Positions 28,944 through 37,918 of a stretch of DNA of 64,000 nt are shown here, piece by piece. A model generated the notes under the pieces. It ran no database searches. It saw only the letters and a list, made by a program, of their open reading frames with translations, and had not been told where the DNA came from. The DNA is from an uncultured Gemmatimonadaceae bacterium (GTDB lineage: Bacteria; Gemmatimonadota; Gemmatimonadetes; Gemmatimonadales; Gemmatimonadaceae). The first letter of the stretch is position 1. Each line of letters opens with the position of its first letter. The position numbers and the translations under genes are program-made. The stretch is taken from contig CAWAGQ010000004.1 in NCBI GenBank assembly GCA_963781585.1, positions 992,001 through 1,056,000 of the forward strand. Reading direction: 5' to 3'.

Positions 28944-29666
28944 ATGCCGCCGCGCACCACCAGCCTCCGCGTCGCCCTCATTGGCGACTTCAATCCGGGT
29001 GTGGTCGCGCACCAGGCCGTACCCCGTGCCCTGGCGCGCGCGGGCGTCGATCTCGGTGCCACGGTCGACGCCGTATGGCGCCATACCACGACGCTCGCCA
29101 GTGATGCCGCCGAATCGCTGGCCGGATTCGACGGCGTCTGGTTCGTGCCCGCAACACCGTACGCCAATACGGAAGGGGCACTCGAAGCAATCCGACACGC
29201 GCGGCAATCGGGACTTCCGCTCCTCGGCACCTGCGGCGGTTTCCAGCATGTCATGCTGGAGTACACCCGCCATGTGCTGGGCCTGTCCGATGCGGCGCAT
29301 GCCGAACTCGACCCCGCGGCGGCCGATCCGGTCATTGCGCCCCTGCACTGCTCGCTGGTGGAGCGCTCGGGGACGGTGCGGCTGCTTCCCGGCACGCGCA
29401 TCGCGCGCGCGTACGGCCTGGAGCGCATCCAGGAGGAGTACCACTGTTCCTATGGGTTGGCTCCACGCCTGGTACCGCTCCTTCAGCGCGGGCCGCTGCG
29501 CATCACAGCACGCGATGTCTCTGGGGATGTGAGGGCGGTGGAGCTCGACGACCACCCGTTCTTCATGGCCACGCTCTTTCAATCCGAGCGGCGCGCGTTG
29601 CGCGCCGAAACGCCACCGGTCGTCCACGCCTTCGTCGCCGCGATGATCGGGTTGCGGACCGAATGA
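28944..29666 (+). CDS. Stand-alone CTP synthase C-terminal-like glutamine amidotransferase domain protein
   Basis: VALIGDF, LGTCGGFQH, EEYHCSYG, HPFFMATLFQSER. No synthetase domain. Confidence 0.88.
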   Translation: MPPRTTSLRVALIGDFNPGVVAHQAVPRALARAGVDLGATVDAVWRHTTTLASDAAESLAGFDGVWFVPATPYANTEGALEAIRHARQSGLPLLGTCGGFQHVMLEYTRHVLGLSDAAHAELDPAAADPVIAPLHCSLVERSGTVRLLPGTRIARAYGLERIQEEYHCSYGLAPRLVPLLQRGPLRITARDVSGDVRAVELDDHPFFMATLFQSERRALRAETPPVVHAFVAAMIGLRTE

Positions 29667-29678
29667 GCTGAAGGAGCG

Positions 29679-30977
29679 TCACGCCGTCGGGCGCGCCGGG
29701 GCGTCCCCCATCCCGCCACGTGGACTCACTCCGGACAGCGCGGCGATCTCTCCCTCCCGATCGGCCGCTCGTCCCTCGAGTCGTGCCACGAGCAGTCCCG
29801 CGCCGGCATAGCTGGTCACGTTGAGTACGGTCTTGAAGATGTCGGGGATGAGATCCACAGCGATGAGAATGCCAAGTCCCTCCGGCGGCAATCCGACCGC
29901 GGTGTAGAGGGGCGCCTGCACGAAGAATCCGCCACTTGGAATGCCCGGGACGGCAAACGACAGCACGATCGTCCCGACGCAGAACACCACCAGCTTCGCC
30001 CCGGAGAACTCGACGCCGTACAGCCGGGCCACCAGGAGCGCGCCGAGGAGCCAGTTCATCGGCGCATTGAGCTTGAAGATCGATGCGCCCAGCGGGAGGA
30101 CGAACCCCGTGACCGATTCGGAGAGGCCCAGCTTGCTCCGGGTATCGCTCATCAGCACGGGCAACGATGCCAGCGACGAGCGCGAGGTGACGGCGACAGT
30201 CTGCGCCGGAATCAGGGCCGCGGCGAACGTACGCAGGGGGACCCGCGCCCCCCGGGCCGTGATAACGTAGAGCATGCCTAACGCAATGATCAACAGGAGG
30301 CACACGGCCACGATGTAGTAGCCGATGGCCCCGACGCCCGCGATGCCCAGATGGGCCCCCACCGCCACCGCCAGACCGAAGACGCCGATCGGAGCCGCCG
30401 CCAGCACCCAGCGAATCACTTGCGACATGGCCTCGGCCACCCCGCGCAGGAACAGCACGTGCGCGCTTCGCACGCCTTCCGACACCCGTGACAGCGCGAG
30501 TCCGTACGCGAGGCTGAAGATCACCAGCGGCAACAGAGCTCCGTCGGCAGCGGCCCCCACCGGATTCGCCGGAATCAGCGTCAGGAACCAGTCCTTCAGC
30601 GACAGCTGCTGGAGCACCGACGGATCGATCTGCGCAGTTCGCCGCAGGGCCTCGGTGCTGGCCGGGTCAAGTCGGAGGTTGGCCATCAACGCCACCGCAG
30701 CCGGACTCATGATGACTTCGAAGAACGTCTGCAGCACCAGGAACACCGCAAGTGTGCGAAAGGCCAGCGATCCCACCGTCCGCACGTCGCGTGCCCCTCC
30801 GATGGCGGTCACGAGAAGGCAGACAATGAGCGGGAGGACAGGCATCCGAATGGCATTCACCCAGATCGTCCCGATCGGCTCGAACACCCGCGGGACGAAG
30901 GTGTCGCGCAAGAGCGCGCCGGCGATGAAACCGGCGAGCAGGGCGATGGCGACATGAGCGGCAGACTTTCGCGACAC
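29679..30977 (-). CDS. Dicarboxylate/amino acid:cation symporter (DAACS)
   Basis: LIPANPV, TSRSSLASLP, FVLPLG, PGIPSG, DLIPDIFKTVLNV. GTG start at 30977. Confidence 0.9.
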   Translation of the reverse strand: MSRKSAAHVAIALLAGFIAGALLRDTFVPRVFEPIGTIWVNAIRMPVLPLIVCLLVTAIGGARDVRTVGSLAFRTLAVFLVLQTFFEVIMSPAAVALMANLRLDPASTEALRRTAQIDPSVLQQLSLKDWFLTLIPANPVGAAADGALLPLVIFSLAYGLALSRVSEGVRSAHVLFLRGVAEAMSQVIRWVLAAAPIGVFGLAVAVGAHLGIAGVGAIGYYIVAVCLLLIIALGMLYVITARGARVPLRTFAAALIPAQTVAVTSRSSLASLPVLMSDTRSKLGLSESVTGFVLPLGASIFKLNAPMNWLLGALLVARLYGVEFSGAKLVVFCVGTIVLSFAVPGIPSGGFFVQAPLYTAVGLPPEGLGILIAVDLIPDIFKTVLNVTSYAGAGLLVARLEGRAADREGEIAALSGVSPRGGMGDAPARPTA

Positions 30978-30982
30978 TGGTC

Positions 30983-31705
30983 TCAGCTCAGGATCGCGGC
31001 GCTCGCGCTCTGCGGCCCAGCCAGATACTGGCGCGCGAACTGGTGGTCCGCCCGGGCAGCCTGCGGCGACCCGAGTTCGTGCGTGGTGCCATCCGTGCAC
31101 CAGGTAACCTGGTCGGCCGCGGCAAAGAGAACCTCGACCTCATGTCCGGTGATCACCACCGCGCAGCCGGCGCGCGCGAGATCGCGGAATACCTTCGTCA
31201 GCACTTCCGCGTCCAGTGGAGCAATGCCGCGCAGCGGCTCATCCGCCAAGAGCCACCTCGGACGGCGTAGCACGGCGGCGGCCACTTCCGCGCGGCGCCG
31301 CTCGCCACCGGACAACTGGCCGGGACGCTTGTCGAGGAAGGGCTCGAGACGCAACGACTCCACCACCGGCGCGATGTCCTGAACCGACGACATGTGCGCG
31401 ATGACTCCGAGTTGCTGCGCCAGGGTGACGTGGCGGAGGAGGAGGTGGAACTCGGGCAGGTAGAACACACCGCGCTTCGCCATCTGGTGAAGACGCGGCC
31501 GCTCGAGCCGCTCGCTCCCGATCCGCACGGTGCCGCCATCCGCGTGGAGCATGCCGCAGGTGATCTGGAGAAGCGTCGACTTCTCCGCTCCGTTGCGCCC
31601 GACCAGAGCACGCACCTGACCGGGCACCGCGCGCAACGTGGCTGCGCTCAGCACCCACCGCGCGCCGAAGCGCTTTCCCACGCTGTCCGACACCAGGAGT
31701 GCCAT
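30983..31705 (-). CDS. ABC ATP-binding protein (LptB-like) with altered Walker A
   Basis: GRNGAEKST, YLPE, LSGGERRRAE, LADEP, ITGH. Confidence 0.85.
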   Translation of the reverse strand: MALLVSDSVGKRFGARWVLSAATLRAVPGQVRALVGRNGAEKSTLLQITCGMLHADGGTVRIGSERLERPRLHQMAKRGVFYLPEFHLLLRHVTLAQQLGVIAHMSSVQDIAPVVESLRLEPFLDKRPGQLSGGERRRAEVAAAVLRRPRWLLADEPLRGIAPLDAEVLTKVFRDLARAGCAVVITGHEVEVLFAAADQVTWCTDGTTHELGSPQAARADHQFARQYLAGPQSASAAILS

Positions 31706-32149
31706 CTATCCCCCGATAATGGCGCGGAGGAGCAGCTCGGCAATGACCATGGGAACGAGGCCGACCACCAGATACATCGACGTTCCCACTCCGAGGTTGG
31801 CCAGCAGCACCTCTTCCCGGCGCCGTCGCAGGTCGATGACCGACAGCGTCCCGCTCACCACCAGCATCAGGACCGCGCCAAGCGGCGACTGCCGAAGGAT
31901 CGCCAGGCCACCGGCACCGGAGGCGAAGAACTCTGCGTGACTGGTCGTCTGGGCGAACGCGGCGACGACGGCCGCGGTCAGATGTACGCCGCTCCAAATG
32001 CCGAGGGAGCGGACGACGATGATCCGCAGGAGCATCCTGTCGGGAAGGCGCAACCTTCGAGATTGATCGACGCCGGAGGCTTCGGCATGGGGCCCGCGCA
32101 CCGGCGTTGCAGGTGCGAGCGAGTGCGGCGGCGGCGGCGATTCGGGCAT
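31706..32149 (-). CDS. Hypothetical small membrane protein, probable partner of the ABC ATPase
   Basis: Three hydrophobic segments and RRREEVLLANLG. Stop abuts the ATPase ATG. Confidence 0.7.
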   Translation of the reverse strand: MPESPPPPHSLAPATPVRGPHAEASGVDQSRRLRLPDRMLLRIIVVRSLGIWSGVHLTAAVVAAFAQTTSHAEFFASGAGGLAILRQSPLGAVLMLVVSGTLSVIDLRRRREEVLLANLGVGTSMYLVVGLVPMVIAELLLRAIIGG

Positions 32150-32153
32150 CGTC

Positions 32154-32564
32154 TCAGCTCGCTGCCTCACGGATGCGACGCCGAATGGGTTCGTTATCCG
32201 CGAACACGTGCCACTCCGCGATCGCTCCGCGTTTCACCCGGGCGAGCCACGCGCCCGGCGTCTCCCAGCGATCCTCCCCATGCATCACGCCGTCCCGCGC
32301 GTAGGTGCCCCGGGCGACACCAACCACCACGACGCTGCCCCTGTCGCCGAACGTGTGGTGGACGTCAATGAGATAGTCGGGGACCATCCGCAGGTATGCC
32401 GCCCACCCGGCACGCAACCTCTCACGTCCTTCGAACACCGCGCCGAGCGAATCGACGAAGCGATGGTCGTCGGAGAGGCAGTGCACGATGCCATCGAGGT
32501 CGTGCGCGTTGATGCGCTCGATGAAGCGACGCACGCTCGTGGCGGGAGAGGGATAGCGAGCCAT
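32154..32564 (-). CDS. SnoaL/NTF2-like domain protein
   Basis: VRRFIERINAHD, DDHRFVDSLG, EWHVFADN. Confidence 0.85.
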   Translation of the reverse strand: MARYPSPATSVRRFIERINAHDLDGIVHCLSDDHRFVDSLGAVFEGRERLRAGWAAYLRMVPDYLIDVHHTFGDRGSVVVVGVARGTYARDGVMHGEDRWETPGAWLARVKRGAIAEWHVFADNEPIRRRIREAAS

Positions 32565-32632
32565 GTCTCCGTCTGACTGCGTGTGATTCCTGTGGCCTCT
32601 GCCGGGACGACGAGGAATGATAGTCCGTGAGA

Positions 32633-33130
32633 CTACAGGCAGAGGCTGAAATCAGCGACCCAGAGGGTACCGGAGCCGCTCAGGTTGCGATCGAGCGGTC
32701 GGAATGCGCCCAGGCGACCTCCGAGGCACAACAATGGGATGACCTGCAGTTCGAATCCGGCGTAGCGCGGGTGGTGCGCGTCACCCGACAGGAGCAGCCA
32801 CGACGCGCGTGCGCTCCACCCGCCAGCGAAACTCCCAACCGACTCCGCGTAGCCCGCCGACAGACGCTGCGCACCGATCCCCGGTTCGGCGAGCGCAAAG
32901 AGGAAACGTGAACGATCCTCAGGCTCTACTCCGTCGCGCTTGAAGCCGGCGCCCACGGCAATGGACGCATTGGTCGGCCCGAAGAAGTGTAGCCCACCTC
33001 CCCAGCCGAAGTGCCACGCCGGCACCGAGTCGCTGGTTGCGGCGGAAGCCTGCGCTGCCACTACCGGCGTCGCGACCACAAGGAGCGTGAGCGCGAGAAA
33101 GAGCCTCGGGAGCGGGATTCGGCGGCGCAC
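32633..33130 (-). CDS. Hypothetical exported protein (beta-rich)
   Basis: Signal peptide, Gly/aromatic-rich alternating strands. No family recognised. Confidence 0.6.
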   Translation of the reverse strand: MRRRIPLPRLFLALTLLVVATPVVAAQASAATSDSVPAWHFGWGGGLHFFGPTNASIAVGAGFKRDGVEPEDRSRFLFALAEPGIGAQRLSAGYAESVGSFAGGWSARASWLLLSGDAHHPRYAGFELQVIPLLCLGGRLGAFRPLDRNLSGSGTLWVADFSLCL

Positions 33131-33162
33131 GCCGGATTGTACGTCCGGACAATGGCGGGTGC

Positions 33163-33208
33163 CAACACACGGCGCTCCGGGAGCCGGCTCCCGGAGCGCC
33201 GTGTGTTG
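33163..33208. repeat. 46-bp perfect palindrome with no spacer (terminator position)
   Basis: CAACACACGGCGCTCCGGGAGCC followed directly by GGCTCCCGGAGCGCCGTGTGTTG, 24 nt downstream of the stop at 33233. Confidence 0.9.
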
Positions 33209-33232
33209 CGCTCACAACGTACCAGCCGGTGC

Positions 33233-36200
33233 TCAGCGCTCGAACAGCCACTCGTCCTTGAGCACGTCCACCGTCTTGGTCTGACTCATCCCCCCCACGG
33301 TGAGCGTCACCGCGTAGGTGCCCGGATCCACAGCACCGAACCCACCGAATCCGCCGCCTCGCCCACCACCACCGCCCCCACCACCACCCTGCGGCGGATT
33401 GGGCGCGAGATTCCACAGCACGCGGTTGATGCCGGCGTCCTTGGTGCCATCGAGGGCCCTGATCTCGCGACCGGTGGCGTCCTTGATAGTGATCTTCACG
33501 TCCCCCGACGCCGGTGTCTTGAGGTAGTAGCTGATGTACGTGCCGCGCGGCGGATTCGCACCCGAAAACACCTTCTGTCCGCCACCTTGCGACCCCAGCC
33601 GGCGGTCGTTCAGCCACGCCACCGCCGGCCGAACGTCGAACAGTGTCACGTCCGCGGATTGCACCGCTGGGGTCAGCTGCTGGAGCGGCGTGATGTCATC
33701 GGCGATCCACACGCCTCGCCCGTGCGTGGCCACGATCAGGTCCCCATCGCGCGGATGAATGAAGATGTCGTCGGTGCGCACGGTGGGATAATCGTTCATG
33801 AACTTCTTCCACGATTTGCCAGCATCGGTGGAGAGATAGAGGCCAAACTCGGTCCCGACGTACAGCAGATCCTTGTTCTTCGGATCTTCCTTCACGACCT
33901 GGATGTTGCCGTACGCCGGAAGATCGTTGGCGATGCTCTGGAAGGTCGCGCCGAAGTCGTGCGTGACGTAGAGATACGGTCTGAGATCATCGCTCCGGTG
34001 TCCGTCCACCGACACGTACGCCGTCGCCGAGTCGAAGTGCGAGGCGTCCACTCGCGAAATCCAGTACATGTTGCCGCGCGGCAGTCCCGGGAGGTTCTTT
34101 CCAACCTCGGTGAACGACACGCCCCCGTCACGCGTGACCTGCAGATTGCCGTCGTCGGTGCCGGCCCATACGATGCCAGGCTTCACCGGCGATTCGGAGA
34201 CCGTGATGATCGTGCTGTACTCGCTGAGGCCGTCGTTCTTCGACAGCATCGTCAGGTTCCCTTTCATCCCCATGATCTCGGCGTCATTGCGATCGTACTG
34301 CTTCGTGAGATCCGGGCTGGCGATCCAGGTGTCGCCACGATCGTACGACTTGAAGAGCCGGTTTCCGCCCAGCCAGAGCACCTGGGGATTGTGCGGCGAG
34401 ATGATGTAGGGCGTGTTCCAGTTGAAGCGGTACTGCTCGGTGGGCGGCAGGTTGATGACGTTCGAGCGCCCCCCGGCTCCACCACCGCCCCCGCCCCCGC
34501 CCCCACCGCCCCGCCCGCCGACGCCACGTGGTTTGATGCTGGGCGAGCGACCGGTCGCCACTTCGATGCGGTTGACGTTGCCGTCCTGTGACTCCGCGTA
34601 GATCACGTTGAAGTCTGTGGGATCCACGGCCGTGTAGAAACCGTCGCCGCCGCCAATGCGGAACCAATCGCTGTTGAGGATTCCGTTTCCGCTGCGACGC
34701 ATCGACGGTCCGGCCCAGCTGCCGTTGTCCTGGAGCCCGGTGTAGACCCAGTAGGGGTGCCCCATGTCAGCCGTCACCACGTAGGAGAGCGCCGTCGCCA
34801 TGGTATTCACGTAGTCCCAGGTCTTCCCCTGATCCCACGAGATATCCAGGCCCCCATCGTTGCCGATCATCAGGTGATTCGAGTTCTTCGGATCGACCCA
34901 GATGGCATGCTGATCGACGTGTCCGGGAGAGTCGTTCCCGCCGGCGTCATCGAGAGTGGCGAACGTCTTGCCGCCATCGACCGACTTGGCCACTGGAAGC
35001 CCGGCCACATAGATGATGTCCGGGTTCATTGCGTCGACGCGCAGTTGGCTGAAGTACATCGGCCGCGCATCGCAATTTGTGATGAGGCGGAACGACCCCC
35101 CGGCGTTGTCCGACCGGAAGACGCCGCCCCGCGACAGATCGAGCTTCGGCGGCGTCTGCGGCTCCGCCGGCGCCGCTTGCTGTCCGCCACGTCCGCCGCC
35201 CCGCCCGAAGCCGTGCGTCGGACCGCCATTGTTACACCAATCGAATCCGCCCCGTCCACCGCCGCCCCCGCCACCACCACCACCACCGCCGCCCGCCCGC
35301 CCAGCGCGACCCGCCGCGCCCGGCTGATTCGCGGGCTGGGGCGGCGGCGCACCGCCACGACCACGGCCGGCGTCGGGAGTCCCCGTCACACCCGCCTCGA
35401 CCTGCACGTACACGATATTCGGATTCGACCGTGAGACATCCAGGGCAATGCGCCCGTAGGTCACGCCCGTCGGAAGGCCGCTGGTGAGCTTGTTCCAGGT
35501 ACGCCCCGCGTCCGTCGATTTCCAGACTGCGCTCCCGGGCCCTCCCCCGTTGAAGCAGCACGTGGTGCGGCGGCGCTGATAGCTGGAGGCGTAGAGCACA
35601 CTCGGATTCGCGTGATCGATTGCGATGTCGTTGAAGCCGGTGTCCTCATCGATGTACTTCACCTTCGTCCAGGTCCTGCCGCCGTCGGTGGACTTGTAGA
35701 TGCCGCGATCCGGACTGGAACCGAACAGATGGCCCGGCGAGGCCACGTACACCGTCTCGGGATTCCGCGGGTCGATGACGATGCGCGCGATCGTCTGCGT
35801 CTCCCGCAGCCCCATCGGCTGGAAGGTCTTCCCGCCATCGGTCGTCTTGTAGAGGCCGGCGCCGAACGACGACGTCTGGCGATTGTTCGGCTCGCCCGTT
35901 CCCACGTACACGATGTTCGGGTTGGTCGGATGAATCGCGATGTCGCCGATCGACGCGACCTCGTAGGTCTGGAAGACCGGCTCGAACGTCGTGCCGTTGT
36001 TTTCCGACTTCCATACACCGCCCACGGCGTATCCGAGATAGATGATGTTCGGATTCGACTCGGACACGGCGATGTCGTCGAGGCGCCCCCCCATGCCGGC
36101 GGGCCCGACGTTGCGGAATCGGAACGACTTCAGCAGGGGATCGGAAGACTGATTGAACATGGGGCCGGACTCTTCCTGTCCACCACCGCGTCCCTGCGCG

Positions 36201-36271
36201 GCAAGCCCGGTCGCGCCCACCAGGAGCGCCGAGAGAGTGCAGAGCGAATACCGCCGAAGTCCGCTGTCCAT
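33233..36271 (-). CDS. Secreted BNR/Asp-box repeat (VPS10/sortilin-like) beta-propeller protein
   Basis: Signal peptide, FRNVGPAGMGGR, many (S/T)xDGGxT(W/F) Asp boxes, GNDGG, GLQDNG, ATHGRG, Gly-rich inserts. Confidence 0.92.
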   Translation of the reverse strand: MDSGLRRYSLCTLSALLVGATGLAAQGRGGGQEESGPMFNQSSDPLLKSFRFRNVGPAGMGGRLDDIAVSESNPNIIYLGYAVGGVWKSENNGTTFEPVFQTYEVASIGDIAIHPTNPNIVYVGTGEPNNRQTSSFGAGLYKTTDGGKTFQPMGLRETQTIARIVIDPRNPETVYVASPGHLFGSSPDRGIYKSTDGGRTWTKVKYIDEDTGFNDIAIDHANPSVLYASSYQRRRTTCCFNGGGPGSAVWKSTDAGRTWNKLTSGLPTGVTYGRIALDVSRSNPNIVYVQVEAGVTGTPDAGRGRGGAPPPQPANQPGAAGRAGRAGGGGGGGGGGGGGRGGFDWCNNGGPTHGFGRGGGRGGQQAAPAEPQTPPKLDLSRGGVFRSDNAGGSFRLITNCDARPMYFSQLRVDAMNPDIIYVAGLPVAKSVDGGKTFATLDDAGGNDSPGHVDQHAIWVDPKNSNHLMIGNDGGLDISWDQGKTWDYVNTMATALSYVVTADMGHPYWVYTGLQDNGSWAGPSMRRSGNGILNSDWFRIGGGDGFYTAVDPTDFNVIYAESQDGNVNRIEVATGRSPSIKPRGVGGRGGGGGGGGGGGAGGRSNVINLPPTEQYRFNWNTPYIISPHNPQVLWLGGNRLFKSYDRGDTWIASPDLTKQYDRNDAEIMGMKGNLTMLSKNDGLSEYSTIITVSESPVKPGIVWAGTDDGNLQVTRDGGVSFTEVGKNLPGLPRGNMYWISRVDASHFDSATAYVSVDGHRSDDLRPYLYVTHDFGATFQSIANDLPAYGNIQVVKEDPKNKDLLYVGTEFGLYLSTDAGKSWKKFMNDYPTVRTDDIFIHPRDGDLIVATHGRGVWIADDITPLQQLTPAVQSADVTLFDVRPAVAWLNDRRLGSQGGGQKVFSGANPPRGTYISYYLKTPASGDVKITIKDATGREIRALDGTKDAGINRVLWNLAPNPPQGGGGGGGGGRGGGFGGFGAVDPGTYAVTLTVGGMSQTKTVDVLKDEWLFER

Positions 36272-36555
36272 GGGCTACTATCCTCGTTGGAGGGCGAAGG
36301 AACGCGACTGGACGACCATCGCTGAACGCGCAGCGCTTGAATGCTGGAACTGGGCGCGGGTTGTGTGTCGCGTCCAGTATCCCGCCGGGCGCCGAGGTGT
36401 CAAGGTGGCGGCGCTGTGGCGCAAGTAGCCCGTCTGCGACTTCGGCGCTCGGCGGGTGCCGTGGGTCTTCGCCTCAAGTACGCCGCCGCACGGCGGATCG
36501 TTGCCGCCTCGCGACGGGGCTCCCGTTGCCGCCAACTCGTTAGGTCGCCCTCGAC

Positions 36556-37716
36556 CTATGGCATCAGGAGCGGCGGCCCGCCACCCAGCGTATTCAGGAC
36601 CATGACGTCCGAGAGCGTCAGGGTGCCGGTGCTCACGACGACCAGCCGGGTCACCTCCGGGCCGTACAGCGGGCCGTCGGAGCGGATTCCCGTCACCACG
36701 TAGTAGCGCTGGCCGTCCCCGCTCACCACGCCGCCGCCGACGCCCAGAGGCCGTACGCCTCCAGGCAGAGCGTGCAGGTCTACCACTGCCACCAGCTCCA
36801 GATCCGGCCGGAGAACATGAATGAGATCCGAACTGGGCTGCGTTGCCGTTCCCGGCGCCACCATGAAGAAGCGCCCGTCCCGCGGAGAACGGACCACCAG
36901 ACCGCCATTGGGGCGCACCGCCGATGCCGTAGTGCGCCAGGCGACCACATCCACCCGCAGAAGGCGGGTATCGGTTGCGACCACCATCTCGCGGCCGTCG
37001 TTCGCTGCGCTGACTTGCAGGACGTGCGATGACGGGCGCGCGAACACCAGCGAATCCGTAAGGGTCATCGGCGACCCCGTCAGCACGTACAGGTGCGCCC
37101 GAAGATTCTGCTGTGGACCATCGTCTCCGAAAACGATGAGCCCGCCTCCCGGAAAGCGTGGGTTGGGTGGGAGATACGCCAACCCACCTGGTCGGGTTGC
37201 CAGCGGACCAAAAAAGTCGGTGACGGCTCCCCGATCCGTGTCAAACGTGGCAACGCCAACGGCGCCATCCCGGCGGGACCGCCACAGGTACAGCTCGTGG
37301 TGGGAGGGGTGCGCGGCGATCGCCCCAGTGCCAAGTGAGGTCCCGTCGTACAGGACCTGGCCGTTTCCGGTGGCGGTCACGTAACGCCAGAGCTGGGTGC
37401 CGGTGCCTGCGTCGAATCCCAGGAGAACCTGCTCGCCAGTGGCGGTCGTCCCGGTGGTCACCAGATCGCCACCGTTCAGAAAGGTCGGCCCCTGGCCGGT
37501 GAGTCGCGGGCCGATGGCCCTGACTATGGCCCGCCTGGCCGGGTCCACCACGACCGCGGCCGCGTCCTCGGTGGCCGGGACCAACAGCAGATCGGCTTTG
37601 GCCGACGCGTCAGGCGTTGTTGCGTCCTTGCATCCCAGCAGCACGCCCGACGACGCCAGGAACAGCCCCACGACGAGGCGAAGAGAAAGGGATGGCAACT
37701 CGTCGCGGCCCTGCAC
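36556..37716 (-). CDS. Hypothetical lipoprotein, probable beta-propeller
   Basis: Lipobox VLLG-C, repeated xxDxxTG blade motifs (FDAGTGTQLW). Start uncertain. Confidence 0.7.
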   Translation of the reverse strand: MQGRDELPSLSLRLVVGLFLASSGVLLGCKDATTPDASAKADLLLVPATEDAAAVVVDPARRAIVRAIGPRLTGQGPTFLNGGDLVTTGTTATGEQVLLGFDAGTGTQLWRYVTATGNGQVLYDGTSLGTGAIAAHPSHHELYLWRSRRDGAVGVATFDTDRGAVTDFFGPLATRPGGLAYLPPNPRFPGGGLIVFGDDGPQQNLRAHLYVLTGSPMTLTDSLVFARPSSHVLQVSAANDGREMVVATDTRLLRVDVVAWRTTASAVRPNGGLVVRSPRDGRFFMVAPGTATQPSSDLIHVLRPDLELVAVVDLHALPGGVRPLGVGGGVVSGDGQRYYVVTGIRSDGPLYGPEVTRLVVVSTGTLTLSDVMVLNTLGGGPPLLMP

Positions 37717-37744
37717 AGCCCCTCTTTTCAGTTGCCAAAGCGCG

Positions 37745-37918
37745 TCAGAATTCGCGGCGCTTCATCTCGCGGAACATGCGTTGTATTTCGCCCGTCTCGT
37801 CCTGGTTCCGACGCGTCGCATCGAGCGTCGCATCGTACGTTCGGGACCGGTTGGTCTGTACCCTGGCCGCCCTCGCTGCGTTTTTCCGTGCCAGCGCCTC
37901 GAGCTTCTTCTGGTTCAT
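37745..37918 (-). CDS. Small basic hypothetical protein, 57 aa (below the ORF-track cutoff)
   Basis: MNQKKLEALARKNAARAARVQTNRSRTYDATLDATRRNQDETGEIQRMFREMKRREF*. ATGA overlap with the TerB-family stop, AAAGGAG upstream, fills the gap. Confidence 0.75.
   Translation of the reverse strand: MNQKKLEALARKNAARAARVQTNRSRTYDATLDATRRNQDETGEIQRMFREMKRREF

Noticed and set aside
36400..36555. Possible integron attC site (ACCTAAC just after the lipoprotein stop)
   Set aside because: No matching GTTRRRY end or paired L boxes, and no integrase in the window.
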